DNA of 63,841 nucleotides. It comes from Candidatus Shapirobacteria bacterium. Its GTDB lineage: Bacteria > Patescibacteriota > Microgenomatia > UBA12405 > JAUWLS01. Both the position numbers and the translations under genes were made by a program. The DNA lies in contig JAUWLS010000003.1 of NCBI GenBank assembly GCA_030613565.1, positions 1 through 63,841 of the forward strand, in the 5' to 3' direction. Shown piece after piece: positions 8,564 through 18,542 of this stretch. The stretch's first letter is position 1. Every line of letters starts with the position of its first letter. The notes under the pieces were generated by a model. It saw nothing but the letters and a program-made list of their open reading frames with translations. It did no database searches and was not told the origin of the DNA.

Positions 8564-9538
8564 TTATACTCCAAAGCCTTTTATTGATTCCACTGTCGTC
8601 TTTATTATTCTCTCTATCGCCTCTTTCGTATTAAAAGCATTATGGGGAGTGAAAATCACATTTTTTCTCTCTCTTAATAAATGATACGAAACAATCTCCT
8701 TAAGATCATCTTTTGTTGTTCCTTCTTTTGTTACCACTCCCACATCGTCCACTCGAGACTCCTCTTCTGTTACATCCAATCCTGCTCCAGCCAATATCCC
8801 CTCATCTAAAGCCCACAAAAGCGCTTCTACCTCCACCACTGGCCCCCTGGCTGTATTAATTAAATAACTCCCCTTCTTCATCTTTCCCATACTCTCTCTA
8901 TTCAGCATATGAAAGGTCTCTGGTGTTGAAGGAACGTGTAAAGACAAGAAATCTGCTTTAGACAAACAATCCTCCAAACTAACACAACTGTATCCCCCCT
9001 TCTTTGCTTTTTCCTCATCTCTCTTTCTTCCCACTCCCAAAACATTCATTCCAAATGCCTTTCCTCTCTTAATCATTTCTTGTCCAATCTTTCCCACACC
9101 TATCACTCCCAAAGTTTTTCCATAAAGATCTACTCCAGTAAGTCCCTCTGGTGAAAACCTACCTTCCTTCACAGCTTTATCTGCCTCCGTTATTCTTCTT
9201 GAAAGGGCGATCATCAAAGCAAATGCATACTCTGCCACTGTCACTGATCCATATTCTGGTACATTTACCACTTTAATTCCTCTTTTCTCACATTCTTTCT
9301 TGTCTATATGATCAATCCCCGTTGACCTGGTTGCTATCAATTTAAGGTTTGGTAATTTATCCAAAACCTTTTTATCCAACTTTGAATAGATAAAAACTGA
9401 CAAAACTTCAAACTCTACTGCTTTATCTACTGCATCCTGAACCTCTTGCTCAAAAAAGGAGACATCACCTAAAACTTTTGATTCTTTTTCAATTAATTCT
9501 TTTTCCCAGTTTTTTACTCCAAAAAATGCAATTTTCAT
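8564..9538 (-). CDS. D-isomer-specific 2-hydroxyacid dehydrogenase (D-lactate dehydrogenase-like)
   Basis: ATRSTGIDHID, VPEYG..TVAE, GVIGVGKIG Rossmann motif, LINTARG, LDV.EEE, TPHNAFNT. Confidence 0.9.
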   Translation of the reverse strand: MKIAFFGVKNWEKELIEKESKVLGDVSFFEQEVQDAVDKAVEFEVLSVFIYSKLDKKVLDKLPNLKLIATRSTGIDHIDKKECEKRGIKVVNVPEYGSVTVAEYAFALMIALSRRITEADKAVKEGRFSPEGLTGVDLYGKTLGVIGVGKIGQEMIKRGKAFGMNVLGVGRKRDEEKAKKGGYSCVSLEDCLSKADFLSLHVPSTPETFHMLNRESMGKMKKGSYLINTARGPVVEVEALLWALDEGILAGAGLDVTEEESRVDDVGVVTKEGTTKDDLKEIVSYHLLRERKNVIFTPHNAFNTKEAIERIIKTTVESIKGFGV

Positions 9539-9561
9539 TAAACTATTCTAATATAAGAACA

Positions 9562-10809
9562 GTGAAAAACCTAATAAAAAATAAAGTCTTTCAAGGCTCC
9601 TTTATCATCCTTCTTGGAACAACCCTGGCAAACGGTATCAACTATCTTTACCATCTTTTTACCGGTCGTCTCCTTGGTCCAGAAAACTACGGACTCCTTT
9701 CTGGCTTCATCGGTACCACCTATTTTCTTGGAGTTTTAACCTCTACTCTCTCCATTTCTATAATCAACCTTTTAGGATCAAAAAAAGAAAACGAAGTTGC
9801 TCCCCTAATTCGCCTTTTAGAGAAAAAAATTCTTTTCCTTTCCTTTCCTTTCTGGTTCTTTCTTCTTCTCCTTTTCCCTCTTTTTAAAAACACCCTTCAT
9901 TTTGAAGGTTTTACTCTCTTCTTTGTCTACTCTCTCCAACTCTTCTTCATTTTCATCCCCACTATCTACTCTGCGACCCTTCAAGCTAGACTTAGATTCT
10001 TCCACTTTGCTCTCATCACTGTTGCCATCGCCCTCACTAAACTTCTCTCTGCTCTCTTTTTCATAAAACTAGGTGGTCAAGTCCTTGCTGCCCTATCCTC
10101 CTTACTTGTTGCTGGCCTTGTCTCACTGTTTCTAGGAAAAATACTTACTAAAAAATTCTGGCCACTCCCAGCTAAACAGCCAAAAAAGGTAAAACTAAAC
10201 AAGGGTTTTTGGTCCTATTCTGTCCTCACTTTTGTTACCAACCTTTCTTTGGTCTCTCTTATTTCTACTGATATCATTCTCGCCCGCTTCCACTTTTCCT
10301 CCTTTGATTCAGGACTCTATTCTGCGGCCACAAACCTCGGAAAGATCATTTACTTCACTGCCTTTTCCGCTCTCACTGTCGCCTTCCCTCTATTCATAAA
10401 ACACAAAAACAACCCCAAAAGATTAAAAACCATCTTCCATCTAAGTCTTTTGCTCATTACTTTCCTCTGTACCTTTGCCACCATTCTTTACAAAACCTTC
10501 CCCCAATTTATAACCAACCTCCTTTACGGAAAAGCTTTTGAACAAGCCAGCTCTCTAATGTTTTTAGTTGCCATCAACTTCTCCCTCTACACTCTCTTCC
10601 ACCTTCTTATCCAAATCCTTCTGGCCAAAGGTAAAAAAGAAGCTGCCTTTATTACCACCCTCGCTGCTATTGCTCAGATAATCATCCTTACCTTAAATCA
10701 TGCTTCTCCCACCATCTTTATTCAAAACAACATAGTTGTTCTCACCCTTATCTGCTTACTCACCTTCATTCCAGTTGCTAAAATAATCTATGTCCCCCAA
10801 AAAACCTAA
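9562..10809 (+). CDS. Wzx-like polysaccharide flippase
   Basis: ANGINYLYHLFTGRLLGPENYG, SDIILAR-like TDIILAR...GLYSAA; about 12 TMs. Likely GTG start at 9562 (the track start at 9478 overlaps the opposite-strand gene). Confidence 0.85.
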   Translation: MKNLIKNKVFQGSFIILLGTTLANGINYLYHLFTGRLLGPENYGLLSGFIGTTYFLGVLTSTLSISIINLLGSKKENEVAPLIRLLEKKILFLSFPFWFFLLLLFPLFKNTLHFEGFTLFFVYSLQLFFIFIPTIYSATLQARLRFFHFALITVAIALTKLLSALFFIKLGGQVLAALSSLLVAGLVSLFLGKILTKKFWPLPAKQPKKVKLNKGFWSYSVLTFVTNLSLVSLISTDIILARFHFSSFDSGLYSAATNLGKIIYFTAFSALTVAFPLFIKHKNNPKRLKTIFHLSLLLITFLCTFATILYKTFPQFITNLLYGKAFEQASSLMFLVAINFSLYTLFHLLIQILLAKGKKEAAFITTLAAIAQIIILTLNHASPTIFIQNNIVVLTLICLLTFIPVAKIIYVPQKT

Positions 10810-11593
10810 ACTTCTTTCTGTTATCATTCCCGCCTACCTTCAAGAAAAAACCATTCAAAAAGACCTTAAAAGAATCCAATCCACTCTAGATCAAATCCGT
10901 TACGACCATGAAATCATCTGCGTTGTTGATGGAAAAATCGATAAAACTTACCAAAATGCCAAAAAGGTATCTTCTCAAAAGCTAAAGGTCATCTCCTATA
11001 AAACCAACAAAGGTAAGGGGAATGCTGTTCGTTTTGGTATGGCACGGTCCAAAGGAAATTACATTGCCTTCATTGACTCTGGTATGGAAATTGATCCCAA
11101 CGGAATCAGCATGATCCTTGAACACATGGAGTGGTATCAAGCTGATATTATTGTTGGATCCAAGCGTCACCCTGCCTCCCAAGTCATTTATCCTCTCAAA
11201 AGGAAAATTCTAAGCCGCATCTATCAAATCTTTGTTCGCCTTTTTACTGGCCTTAATGTCACCGACACTCAAGTTGGTTTAAAAATCTTTCGCCGTCCGG
11301 TTTTAGAAAAAGTACTCCCTCGGCTTGTCATAAAGGCCTACGCTTTTGATGTCGAACTTCTTTCAGTTGCCCACCGCCTTGGTTTCAAACGCATCTACGA
11401 GGCTCCAGTTAAGTTAGATTACGACTTTAGAGGGCCCATTCATGCTGACACCTTCACTGCCATGAAACAGGCCTTTATGGACACCTTAGCTGTCATCTAC
11501 CGCCTAAGAATACTCAGATACTACGACAATAAGAATAAAAGAAAGTGGAAATTCGACCCCGATCTTAATTTTAGAGTCAACACTGGCCAATGA
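10790..11593 (+). CDS. GT2 glycosyltransferase, DPM1/polyprenol-phosphate glycosyltransferase-like
   Basis: LSVIIPAY, NKGKGNAVRFG, VGSKRHP, TDTQVGLKIF, FDVELL. Confidence 0.85.
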   Translation: MSPKKPKLLSVIIPAYLQEKTIQKDLKRIQSTLDQIRYDHEIICVVDGKIDKTYQNAKKVSSQKLKVISYKTNKGKGNAVRFGMARSKGNYIAFIDSGMEIDPNGISMILEHMEWYQADIIVGSKRHPASQVIYPLKRKILSRIYQIFVRLFTGLNVTDTQVGLKIFRRPVLEKVLPRLVIKAYAFDVELLSVAHRLGFKRIYEAPVKLDYDFRGPIHADTFTAMKQAFMDTLAVIYRLRILRYYDNKNKRKWKFDPDLNFRVNTGQ

Positions 11594-12591
11594 AACCAAC
11601 TTTTTCTATCATTGTTCCTGTCAAAAGAATAAATTCCTATATCTTAAACGACATTATCCCCGCTTTATCTGCTCAAACCTACAAAAACTTTGAACTTATT
11701 ATTGTTCCTCATCAAAAAAGAAAGACAAGGCTCCTTCCTGACTTTGTCAAAATCTACCCCTACTCCGAAAACAACCCCTCCCGAAAAAGAAATCATGGGG
11801 TTAAAAAAAGCAAAGGAAAAATCCTAGTTTTTTTAGATGATGATGCCTACCCAGGCAAATTCTGGTTAAAAAACGCCCTTTCTCTTTTAAAAGACCAAAA
11901 GCTTTCTGCTGTCTGTGGTCCCGGAGTCACTCCACCAGCCAATTCACTACTTCAAAAAGTCTCTGGCTATTTTTGGTCTTCTTTTTTAGGCTCAGGTGGT
12001 GCTGGAACTTATCGTTGCCTACCTCAAAAAAAACGCTTTGTTGACGACTATCCCTCTTTTAACCTCTTTGTAAAAAAAGATGACTTTCTACACATTGGTC
12101 CTTTTGATCCTCGTTTTTACCCAGGAGAAGATACCAAACTATGTCATGACCTGGTTTATAAACTCAAAAAAAAGATTCTTTATCACCCCCAGGTTTTAGT
12201 TTTTCATCATCGCCGAAATATCTTCCTCCCTCACCTTAAGCAGCTCTCTCGTTACGCTGTTCAACGAGCTCGGTTCACTTATCTTTTTCCCAAAACCAGT
12301 AAAAAACTAGGTTACTATCTTCCCGCTCTCTTCTTTCTTGGCCTAATCACTATCCCTCCTTTGATCATCTTCCTTGAGATTCTCTCTCTGTGTTTTATTT
12401 CCATTCCCTTATTTCTCATCTACCTCGCCATCATCTTTGTTTACATCATCCTTCTTTTATTAAACTCTCTCCACACCCTTTTTGTCTCCAAAAACCTTCT
12501 TATTTCTCTTCTTCTTATCCCCACCACCCTTATTTCTCATCTCACCTACGGCTTCCTTTTTTTAAAAACCCTAGTTAGAAGGAAGATCTAA
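11590..12591 (+). CDS. GT2 glycosyltransferase with C-terminal TM helices
   Basis: FSIIVPV, PSRKRNHG, FLDDDAYP, PSFNLFV, GEDTKLC. Confidence 0.85.
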   Translation: MKPTFSIIVPVKRINSYILNDIIPALSAQTYKNFELIIVPHQKRKTRLLPDFVKIYPYSENNPSRKRNHGVKKSKGKILVFLDDDAYPGKFWLKNALSLLKDQKLSAVCGPGVTPPANSLLQKVSGYFWSSFLGSGGAGTYRCLPQKKRFVDDYPSFNLFVKKDDFLHIGPFDPRFYPGEDTKLCHDLVYKLKKKILYHPQVLVFHHRRNIFLPHLKQLSRYAVQRARFTYLFPKTSKKLGYYLPALFFLGLITIPPLIIFLEILSLCFISIPLFLIYLAIIFVYIILLLLNSLHTLFVSKNLLISLLLIPTTLISHLTYGFLFLKTLVRRKI

Positions 12592-14385
12592 AAGCATCCT
12601 TTTTACCTTCTCATCTGTCGGATTATACTGTAAAACCAACTCTAACTCTGTTCTCGCCTCCCCATATCTTCCTGCCTGAGCCAAAATCACCCCTTTATTA
12701 AAATGCAAAGTCAAGTTCTCAGGACTTATCTCTATTGCCCTATTAATCGTCCCCACCGACTGATCCCACTCTTCAAGTTCAAAATAAACTGCTGCTAACT
12801 TTTGATAACTTTGCCATAAATTTGGATTTATTTCTATTGCTTTATAGTATTCTTTGATTGCCTCATCCACCTCTCCCACTAAAACATAAATATTGGCTCT
12901 ATTGTGAATTGCATCTCCATAATTCGGTTTTAACTCAATTGCCCAACTAAACTCCCGTATCGCGTTCTCATAATCTCCTGTCCTAGCATAATAATCCCCT
13001 AAATTATTATGGTTCTGATGTGACGATGGAGAAGTTCTAGCTGCCGATAACCACAAAGTATCCTGATTTTTCCAATCTCCATTTCTTACCACTGTCCTCA
13101 CTGTCAACCCCAGCCCCAAAAGGACTAAAAAAACCACCGCCACACCATCCCACTTTTTACTTCTTAAAAACTTATCCAATCCTATTGCCACCAAAACCAT
13201 CATCATCGTTGCTCCAAAGTAAACATACCTTTCCGCCACCAACCAACTCACTCCAAAAGGAGTCATTACTGGTAAAAGAGAAACAAAAAAAGCCATTGGC
13301 CAAAAACTCCATTCTCTTTTTTTGATCCACAAGTAAACCGTCCCTGAGAGAAAAATTAAAAACACTAAAATTAAACCAACAAACTTCACTGTTCCAAAAG
13401 TTAACTCTGAGTGATAAAGAGTTAACTTATCTGGCCAAACCATTAATCCCAAATACGAACTAACTGCCACTATTACCACCGCCAAAGGATTGGCCATCTC
13501 ACCACTGTGATAATGCTCTGACCCCAACCAATTCAATCTATCTGAAAGCATTGATAAAAAAACCAACCCCATCACAATTGCAGGAATAAAAGCTATAAAC
13601 AGTTTTTTAATCTCCTTTTTTCCCAATCCAAAACAGGCCACCAAAAGCAATAAAATCAAAGGATAGATAACTGCTTTTTCTGAAACACTAAAGGCTAAAA
13701 ACATTGCCAAAAAAGACCAGTAGAAATACTTCATCTTTTCTGTACCCAAAACATACAAAAATAATGCTAATAATAAAAAGAATGTGTACATTACATGACC
13801 AACACCTGTAACCCAAGTCACCGACTCTGTCATCAAAGGATGTATTGCTACCAGGCTCGCTGCCAACACTGCCACCCTCTTTTCTACTAACAAGCAAACT
13901 AAAACAAAAAGCAAACTCACTACACCAAAGTGAAAAGAAACATTTACCAATCTAAAAGCCATGGCTGATTTGCCAAACAAATGATAAACCAAAAAGAAGA
14001 CTAGTTGTTGAAAAGATCTAAAAGAAGAAAGTGGTGAAGAAAAAATCACTTTTAGATCACCAATGCCTTCATTTTGCACTATCGCTCCAATATCATCAGA
14101 AACAAATTCATTTGCCAAACCATTCATATAACAAACCCCCACCAATCCCAAAAACCACAAAAAAAACAACCAATTTTTTCTAAAAAAACTAACAAAAACA
14201 AACTTCTCTATTCGCCTTTTCAGGTTCAAATCCTTTTTCTCTCCCTCGCCTTTTTTCCTTCCTTTCTTTCCTAAATATTCTAGAATCAGATCCTCTTTAA
14301 CTCCCAAGCTCTTTGCTATTTGTTTCTCTGATCTCTTCCCCTTCTTCTTGTCTATATAATTTCTTTGCTTTTCACTAAGTCTCAT
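12571..14385 (-). CDS. TMTC-like GT-C membrane protein with C-terminal TPRs and an N-terminal HTH-like segment
   Basis: NEFVSDD acidic motif, FRLVNVSFH, AIHPLMTESVTWV, VAERYVY, RNGDWKNQDTLW, then TPR repeats. Confidence 0.8.
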   Translation of the reverse strand: MRLSEKQRNYIDKKKGKRSEKQIAKSLGVKEDLILEYLGKKGRKKGEGEKKDLNLKRRIEKFVFVSFFRKNWLFFLWFLGLVGVCYMNGLANEFVSDDIGAIVQNEGIGDLKVIFSSPLSSFRSFQQLVFFLVYHLFGKSAMAFRLVNVSFHFGVVSLLFVLVCLLVEKRVAVLAASLVAIHPLMTESVTWVTGVGHVMYTFFLLLALFLYVLGTEKMKYFYWSFLAMFLAFSVSEKAVIYPLILLLLVACFGLGKKEIKKLFIAFIPAIVMGLVFLSMLSDRLNWLGSEHYHSGEMANPLAVVIVAVSSYLGLMVWPDKLTLYHSELTFGTVKFVGLILVFLIFLSGTVYLWIKKREWSFWPMAFFVSLLPVMTPFGVSWLVAERYVYFGATMMMVLVAIGLDKFLRSKKWDGVAVVFLVLLGLGLTVRTVVRNGDWKNQDTLWLSAARTSPSSHQNHNNLGDYYARTGDYENAIREFSWAIELKPNYGDAIHNRANIYVLVGEVDEAIKEYYKAIEINPNLWQSYQKLAAVYFELEEWDQSVGTINRAIEISPENLTLHFNKGVILAQAGRYGEARTELELVLQYNPTDEKVKRMLLDLPSN

Positions 14386-14455
14386 TCTCCTATTCTACGA
14401 CATTTTAACTGTTATCATTCATAATAGAACCAAAGCCACATAGAAACTGTTTCTA

Positions 14456-15190
14456 ATGCCAAAAATAAATAAAAAACTACGGCTTTCCCAAAAGCTAGCA
14501 AAAAAAATTGACGGTTTCCTTAGTCAAAATGAAGGAGAATTGCTTTTTAAGCTAGCAAAAAACTGTCCTCCAAAAACATCTATTGTCGAAATCGGATCTT
14601 GGAAAGGAAAATCAACTGTTTTTCTAGGCCTTGGTTCTCAATCAGGAAACAAAAACAAAGTATATGCTATTGATCCACACACTGGATCTCCAGAGCATAA
14701 AAAAAAACTTGGAGAATTTTCCACTTTAAAACAATTTAAAAAAAACATCAAACAGGCAAATCTCAAACAAATAGTTGTTCCCATAGTTAAAACATCTACT
14801 CAAGCCGCTCCCTCTTTCAACAAGAAAATTGGCCTTCTTTTTATAGACGGTGACCATTCTTATCAAATGGTTAAAAAAGACTTTCAACTGTGGTTTCCTA
14901 AAATAGTTAATGGTGGAATCATTGCCTTTCATGATTCAAACACTCACTTTGATGTCAAAAAGACTGTGAATCAATTTGTCTTTACGTCATCAAACATTCA
15001 CCACCTTACTTTTAAAGAATCCATTCTTTATGGACAAAAGGCTAAAAAAATATCTCTTAAAGACAGATTTAAAAATATTTATCTTTTCCCTAACCATAGT
15101 TTATATTTCCTCATTAACCAGCTACCTTTCAGACCCCCTCCTTTTATAATAAAAATTGGAAAAAAAATTAGTCAACTTCTTCAGCTTTAA
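14456..15190 (+). CDS. Class I SAM-dependent methyltransferase (Methyltransf_24-like)
   Basis: IVEIGSWKGKST, AIDPHTGS, LLFIDGDHSY, GGIIAFHD. Confidence 0.85.
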   Translation: MPKINKKLRLSQKLAKKIDGFLSQNEGELLFKLAKNCPPKTSIVEIGSWKGKSTVFLGLGSQSGNKNKVYAIDPHTGSPEHKKKLGEFSTLKQFKKNIKQANLKQIVVPIVKTSTQAAPSFNKKIGLLFIDGDHSYQMVKKDFQLWFPKIVNGGIIAFHDSNTHFDVKKTVNQFVFTSSNIHHLTFKESILYGQKAKKISLKDRFKNIYLFPNHSLYFLINQLPFRPPPFIIKIGKKISQLLQL

Positions 15191-15240
15191 AATACGAAGT
15201 TTTAACAAAACCTTTTTCTTTCTTTCTATATAATTCATCT

Positions 15241-16179
15241 ATGTCCATAAAAACTATTCTTCTAACTGGATCCACTGGCTTCATTGGTTCTCATCTTTTA
15301 AAAAAACTACTTGAAGAAAAATACAAAGTCATTATTCTCAAAAAATCTACCTCACCCCTCTGGCGTATCGAAAAACTACTCCCTAAAACCAAACACTACA
15401 ACATCGATGAAACAGATCCAGAAACAATCTTTAAAAACAAAAAAATAGACTGCCTAATTCATCTGGCCACCAAATACATCAAAAAACATCAGACTAAAGA
15501 AGAGGTCCAAGAAATGATTGACATAAACATCAATCTCCCTTCTGTTCTCTCTCATCTTTGTATTCAGTACAAAGTCCCCTATTTTTTAAACACTGGCACC
15601 TTCTTCGAATATCAAATTCAGAAAAAACCTCTCACTGAAACTGATCCCCAAAAGCCATATAACTTCTACGCTGCCACCAAAACCGCTTTTGCAAAAATTC
15701 TAGAAGGCCAAACTCAAGAATCTAGCCTTAAAGCCACCACTCTCTATCTTTCTTCCACCTTCGGTCCCAAAGATAATCCTAAGCTATTCCCCTTCCTTAT
15801 AAAATCTCTACTAAAAAACCAAGAGGTGCTTTTTTCAGGAGGAGAACAGACCTGGAACTTCACTTACGTAAAAGATATTGTTTCCGCTTATATAAAAGTC
15901 TTAAAAAACTTTCCCAAACTAAAAGATTACGAAACCTTCCTTATCGGCCAACCCCAACCCCATTCTATTAAGGAAATTGTCTCCACTCTTGAAAAAATCA
16001 GTAAAAAGAAACTAAATATCACCTGGGGATCCAAGCCCTACATTGAAAATGAAATCTTTTTTGCCTCCTGCAGCTCAAAAAAAGCTCAAGAGAAATTAAA
16101 TTGGAAACCAAGCTATAATCTAAAAAGAGGTTTAAAAGAAACCTACAACTACTATTTAAAAAACCAAAACAGATTATGA
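15241..16179 (+). CDS. NAD-dependent epimerase/dehydratase (extended SDR, CDP-dideoxyhexose synthase-like)
   Basis: LTGSTGFIG, NTGTFFEY, PYNFYAATK (YxxxK). Confidence 0.85.
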   Translation: MSIKTILLTGSTGFIGSHLLKKLLEEKYKVIILKKSTSPLWRIEKLLPKTKHYNIDETDPETIFKNKKIDCLIHLATKYIKKHQTKEEVQEMIDININLPSVLSHLCIQYKVPYFLNTGTFFEYQIQKKPLTETDPQKPYNFYAATKTAFAKILEGQTQESSLKATTLYLSSTFGPKDNPKLFPFLIKSLLKNQEVLFSGGEQTWNFTYVKDIVSAYIKVLKNFPKLKDYETFLIGQPQPHSIKEIVSTLEKISKKKLNITWGSKPYIENEIFFASCSSKKAQEKLNWKPSYNLKRGLKETYNYYLKNQNRL

Positions 16180-16655
16180 CCAAAATATTCGGAGTAAAAG
16201 GTAATCCCATTGAAGGTGTTATCGTAAAATCCTTAAACAGAATTCCTGACGAAAGAGGTTCTGTTATGCACATGTTAAAAACCACTGATCCAGAATTCAG
16301 TAAGTTTGGTGAAATCTATTTCTCTACTATCCACCCTGGGGCAATCAAGGGTTGGCACATCCACACCAAAATGGAACTAAACTACACCACTGTTACTGGA
16401 AACGTTAAGTTTGTCCTCTACGATGATCGTCCCAAATCAAAAACCAAAGGAAATCTTCTGGAAATCTTCATGGGTGAAAAAAACTACTGCCTGGTCAAAG
16501 TGCCTCCCAATGTCTGGAATGGATTTAAAGGTATTGGGTACAAAGAAGCCATTGTCGCCAATTGCGCCACTCTTCCTCACGATCCTAAAGAAATAAAAAG
16601 ACTTGATCCTTTCTCAAAAAAAATTCCCTATAAGTGGGATCTAATCCACGGCTGA
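16176..16655 (+). CDS. rfbC: dTDP-4-dehydrorhamnose 3,5-epimerase-like cupin
   Basis: DERG, GAIKGWHIH, LYDDRPKSKT, VPPNVWNGF. Confidence 0.75.
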   Translation: MTKIFGVKGNPIEGVIVKSLNRIPDERGSVMHMLKTTDPEFSKFGEIYFSTIHPGAIKGWHIHTKMELNYTTVTGNVKFVLYDDRPKSKTKGNLLEIFMGEKNYCLVKVPPNVWNGFKGIGYKEAIVANCATLPHDPKEIKRLDPFSKKIPYKWDLIHG

Positions 16656-17545
16656 TCCTTCTTCAATTTTCTCCATACTGACACCTGTGACATAATGGTT
16701 TTTCCAACCATTTCAAAACGTCCAAAAAACAAATCTCTAATCACTATTAAAAACAACATTAGATAAAGTGCTAATAATCTACAAAACAACTCCACTCCAA
16801 AAAAATTATTAATTACTGTCCAAACCATATTTTTTCGTACACAAAACCACAAACTTGTTGAATCAGCATACTTTTTTACCGTCAAACTCCCTTTGTGGTA
16901 AACCCTTGCTTTAAAGCAATACCAAGACTCTCCCCCCATCCTTTTTGCTTTTAAATTTAAGTCAACATCTTCATAATAATATCTAAACCACTCATCATAC
17001 CCACCTAATTCCCAAAAAAAATCTCTATCCATCATAAAAACAGCGCTAGCCGCAAAATCAACCCGACTGTTTTGATCATATTGTCCCCTATCTCTCTTTC
17101 CACTACCTCGTCCACCACCCACACTAAGAAAGTATCTTCCACCCACATTATCTATCTTATTTTTTTCTCTATAAGAAAGAATTTTAGGCTGCACTAATAT
17201 CTTTTTTTTATCACCTACAAACTTAACCATTTCTTTCAAAAAATCTTTCTCAACAACAATATCGTTACTCAAAAAAACAATCTTCTTCCCCTTAGCTTTT
17301 TTAACCCCAAAATTAAAACCTCCCGTAAAATATTTATTTTTTTCTAGTCTAAACAGCTTAACTTTCTTCTCTTTTTTGTATCTCTTCTTTAAAAAAGAAT
17401 AACTATCATCAAACGACCCATTATCCACTACTACTATTTCAAAAAAAGAATAACTTGACTTCAATACTGAGTCAATACAGTCCCCCACAAACTCTTTTCC
17501 ATTGTAATTTAGAATAACTACCGAAACCATTTTCTTTTTATACAC
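16628..17545 (-). CDS. GT2 glycosyltransferase
   Basis: VSVVILNYNG, VVDNGSFD, FLSND, GGYDEWFRYYYEDVDL. Confidence 0.9.
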   Translation of the reverse strand: MYKKKMVSVVILNYNGKEFVGDCIDSVLKSSYSFFEIVVVDNGSFDDSYSFLKKRYKKEKKVKLFRLEKNKYFTGGFNFGVKKAKGKKIVFLSNDIVVEKDFLKEMVKFVGDKKKILVQPKILSYREKNKIDNVGGRYFLSVGGGRGSGKRDRGQYDQNSRVDFAASAVFMMDRDFFWELGGYDEWFRYYYEDVDLNLKAKRMGGESWYCFKARVYHKGSLTVKKYADSTSLWFCVRKNMVWTVINNFFGVELFCRLLALYLMLFLIVIRDLFFGRFEMVGKTIMSQVSVWRKLKKDQPWIRSHL

Positions 17546-18542
17546 TTTTGAACCAAGAAAAACCTTTAACTAAAAACGAACCCCAGGATAAATCACCAAA
17601 CATAATTTTATTCACCTCAACACCTTTCTGATCTAAACTTTTCACCTTCTTCCTCTTCTTAATTGTTTTTTCTAAATTTTTTACATTCCACCACCATCCC
17701 TCAAGCACTCCCTTACTCATTTTTACTCTTCCTTCTATTAAAAACTTAATCATTAAAAACAACCACCCCAAACAGTTAAATGGTAACAAATACCACAAGA
17801 CACTAATTGGACAATTTTTCAAAATATAATTCACATTGTTCTTCGACCCCTCATAAGCCACCCGTATTCCTCTTTTTTTCATACTACTCTTCCCAAAATG
17901 CCAAACCTTAAACTCAGGAGCATAAAACACCTGCTTTCCTGCCAACCAAATTCGCCAACACAGGTCTGTCTCTTCTCCGTAAATCATATAATCTTCATCA
18001 AACCCTCCCACTTGATCAAAAATATCTCTTCTCATCATCATACCCGCACTCCTGGCCCCAAAAATCATCCTTTCCTCATCGTGTTCCTTGGGATCCTCTC
18101 CTACTCCAATCTCATAAGGAAAACCCAAAATACTTAAAAAATGACCGGCCGCATCTATCTTTCCATCTTTTCTAAGCAATTTTGCTTGAATCACCCCCAC
18201 TCCATTATGTTTTTCTAAAAAACCAACCCCTTTTTTCAAACTGTTTTTACCTATCTTGGTATCAATGTCCAAAAACAATATATACTTTCCTTTTGACACC
18301 AAAACCCCTGCATTTCTGGCTCTTGACGCTCCAAAATTTCCTCCCAAATCGACAACTTTCACTTTTCTTTTCTTTTCATAGCCCCACATGATTCTTTTGT
18401 CTTTTTCCTCCATCCCATCGTCTACTACAACCACTTCAAAGTCGGAAAAGTTACTTGCCAACAAAGATTCTAAACATCCTTCAATATAGCCACCACCTCT
18501 AAAAACCGGAATCACCACTGAAACCAAAACTTTACTTTTCAT
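17538..18542 (-). CDS. GT2 glycosyltransferase
   Basis: VSVVIPVF, VVDDG, FLDID, GGFDEDYMIYGEETDLCWR. Confidence 0.9.
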   Translation of the reverse strand: MKSKVLVSVVIPVFRGGGYIEGCLESLLASNFSDFEVVVVDDGMEEKDKRIMWGYEKKRKVKVVDLGGNFGASRARNAGVLVSKGKYILFLDIDTKIGKNSLKKGVGFLEKHNGVGVIQAKLLRKDGKIDAAGHFLSILGFPYEIGVGEDPKEHDEERMIFGARSAGMMMRRDIFDQVGGFDEDYMIYGEETDLCWRIWLAGKQVFYAPEFKVWHFGKSSMKKRGIRVAYEGSKNNVNYILKNCPISVLWYLLPFNCLGWLFLMIKFLIEGRVKMSKGVLEGWWWNVKNLEKTIKKRKKVKSLDQKGVEVNKIMFGDLSWGSFLVKGFSWFKSV

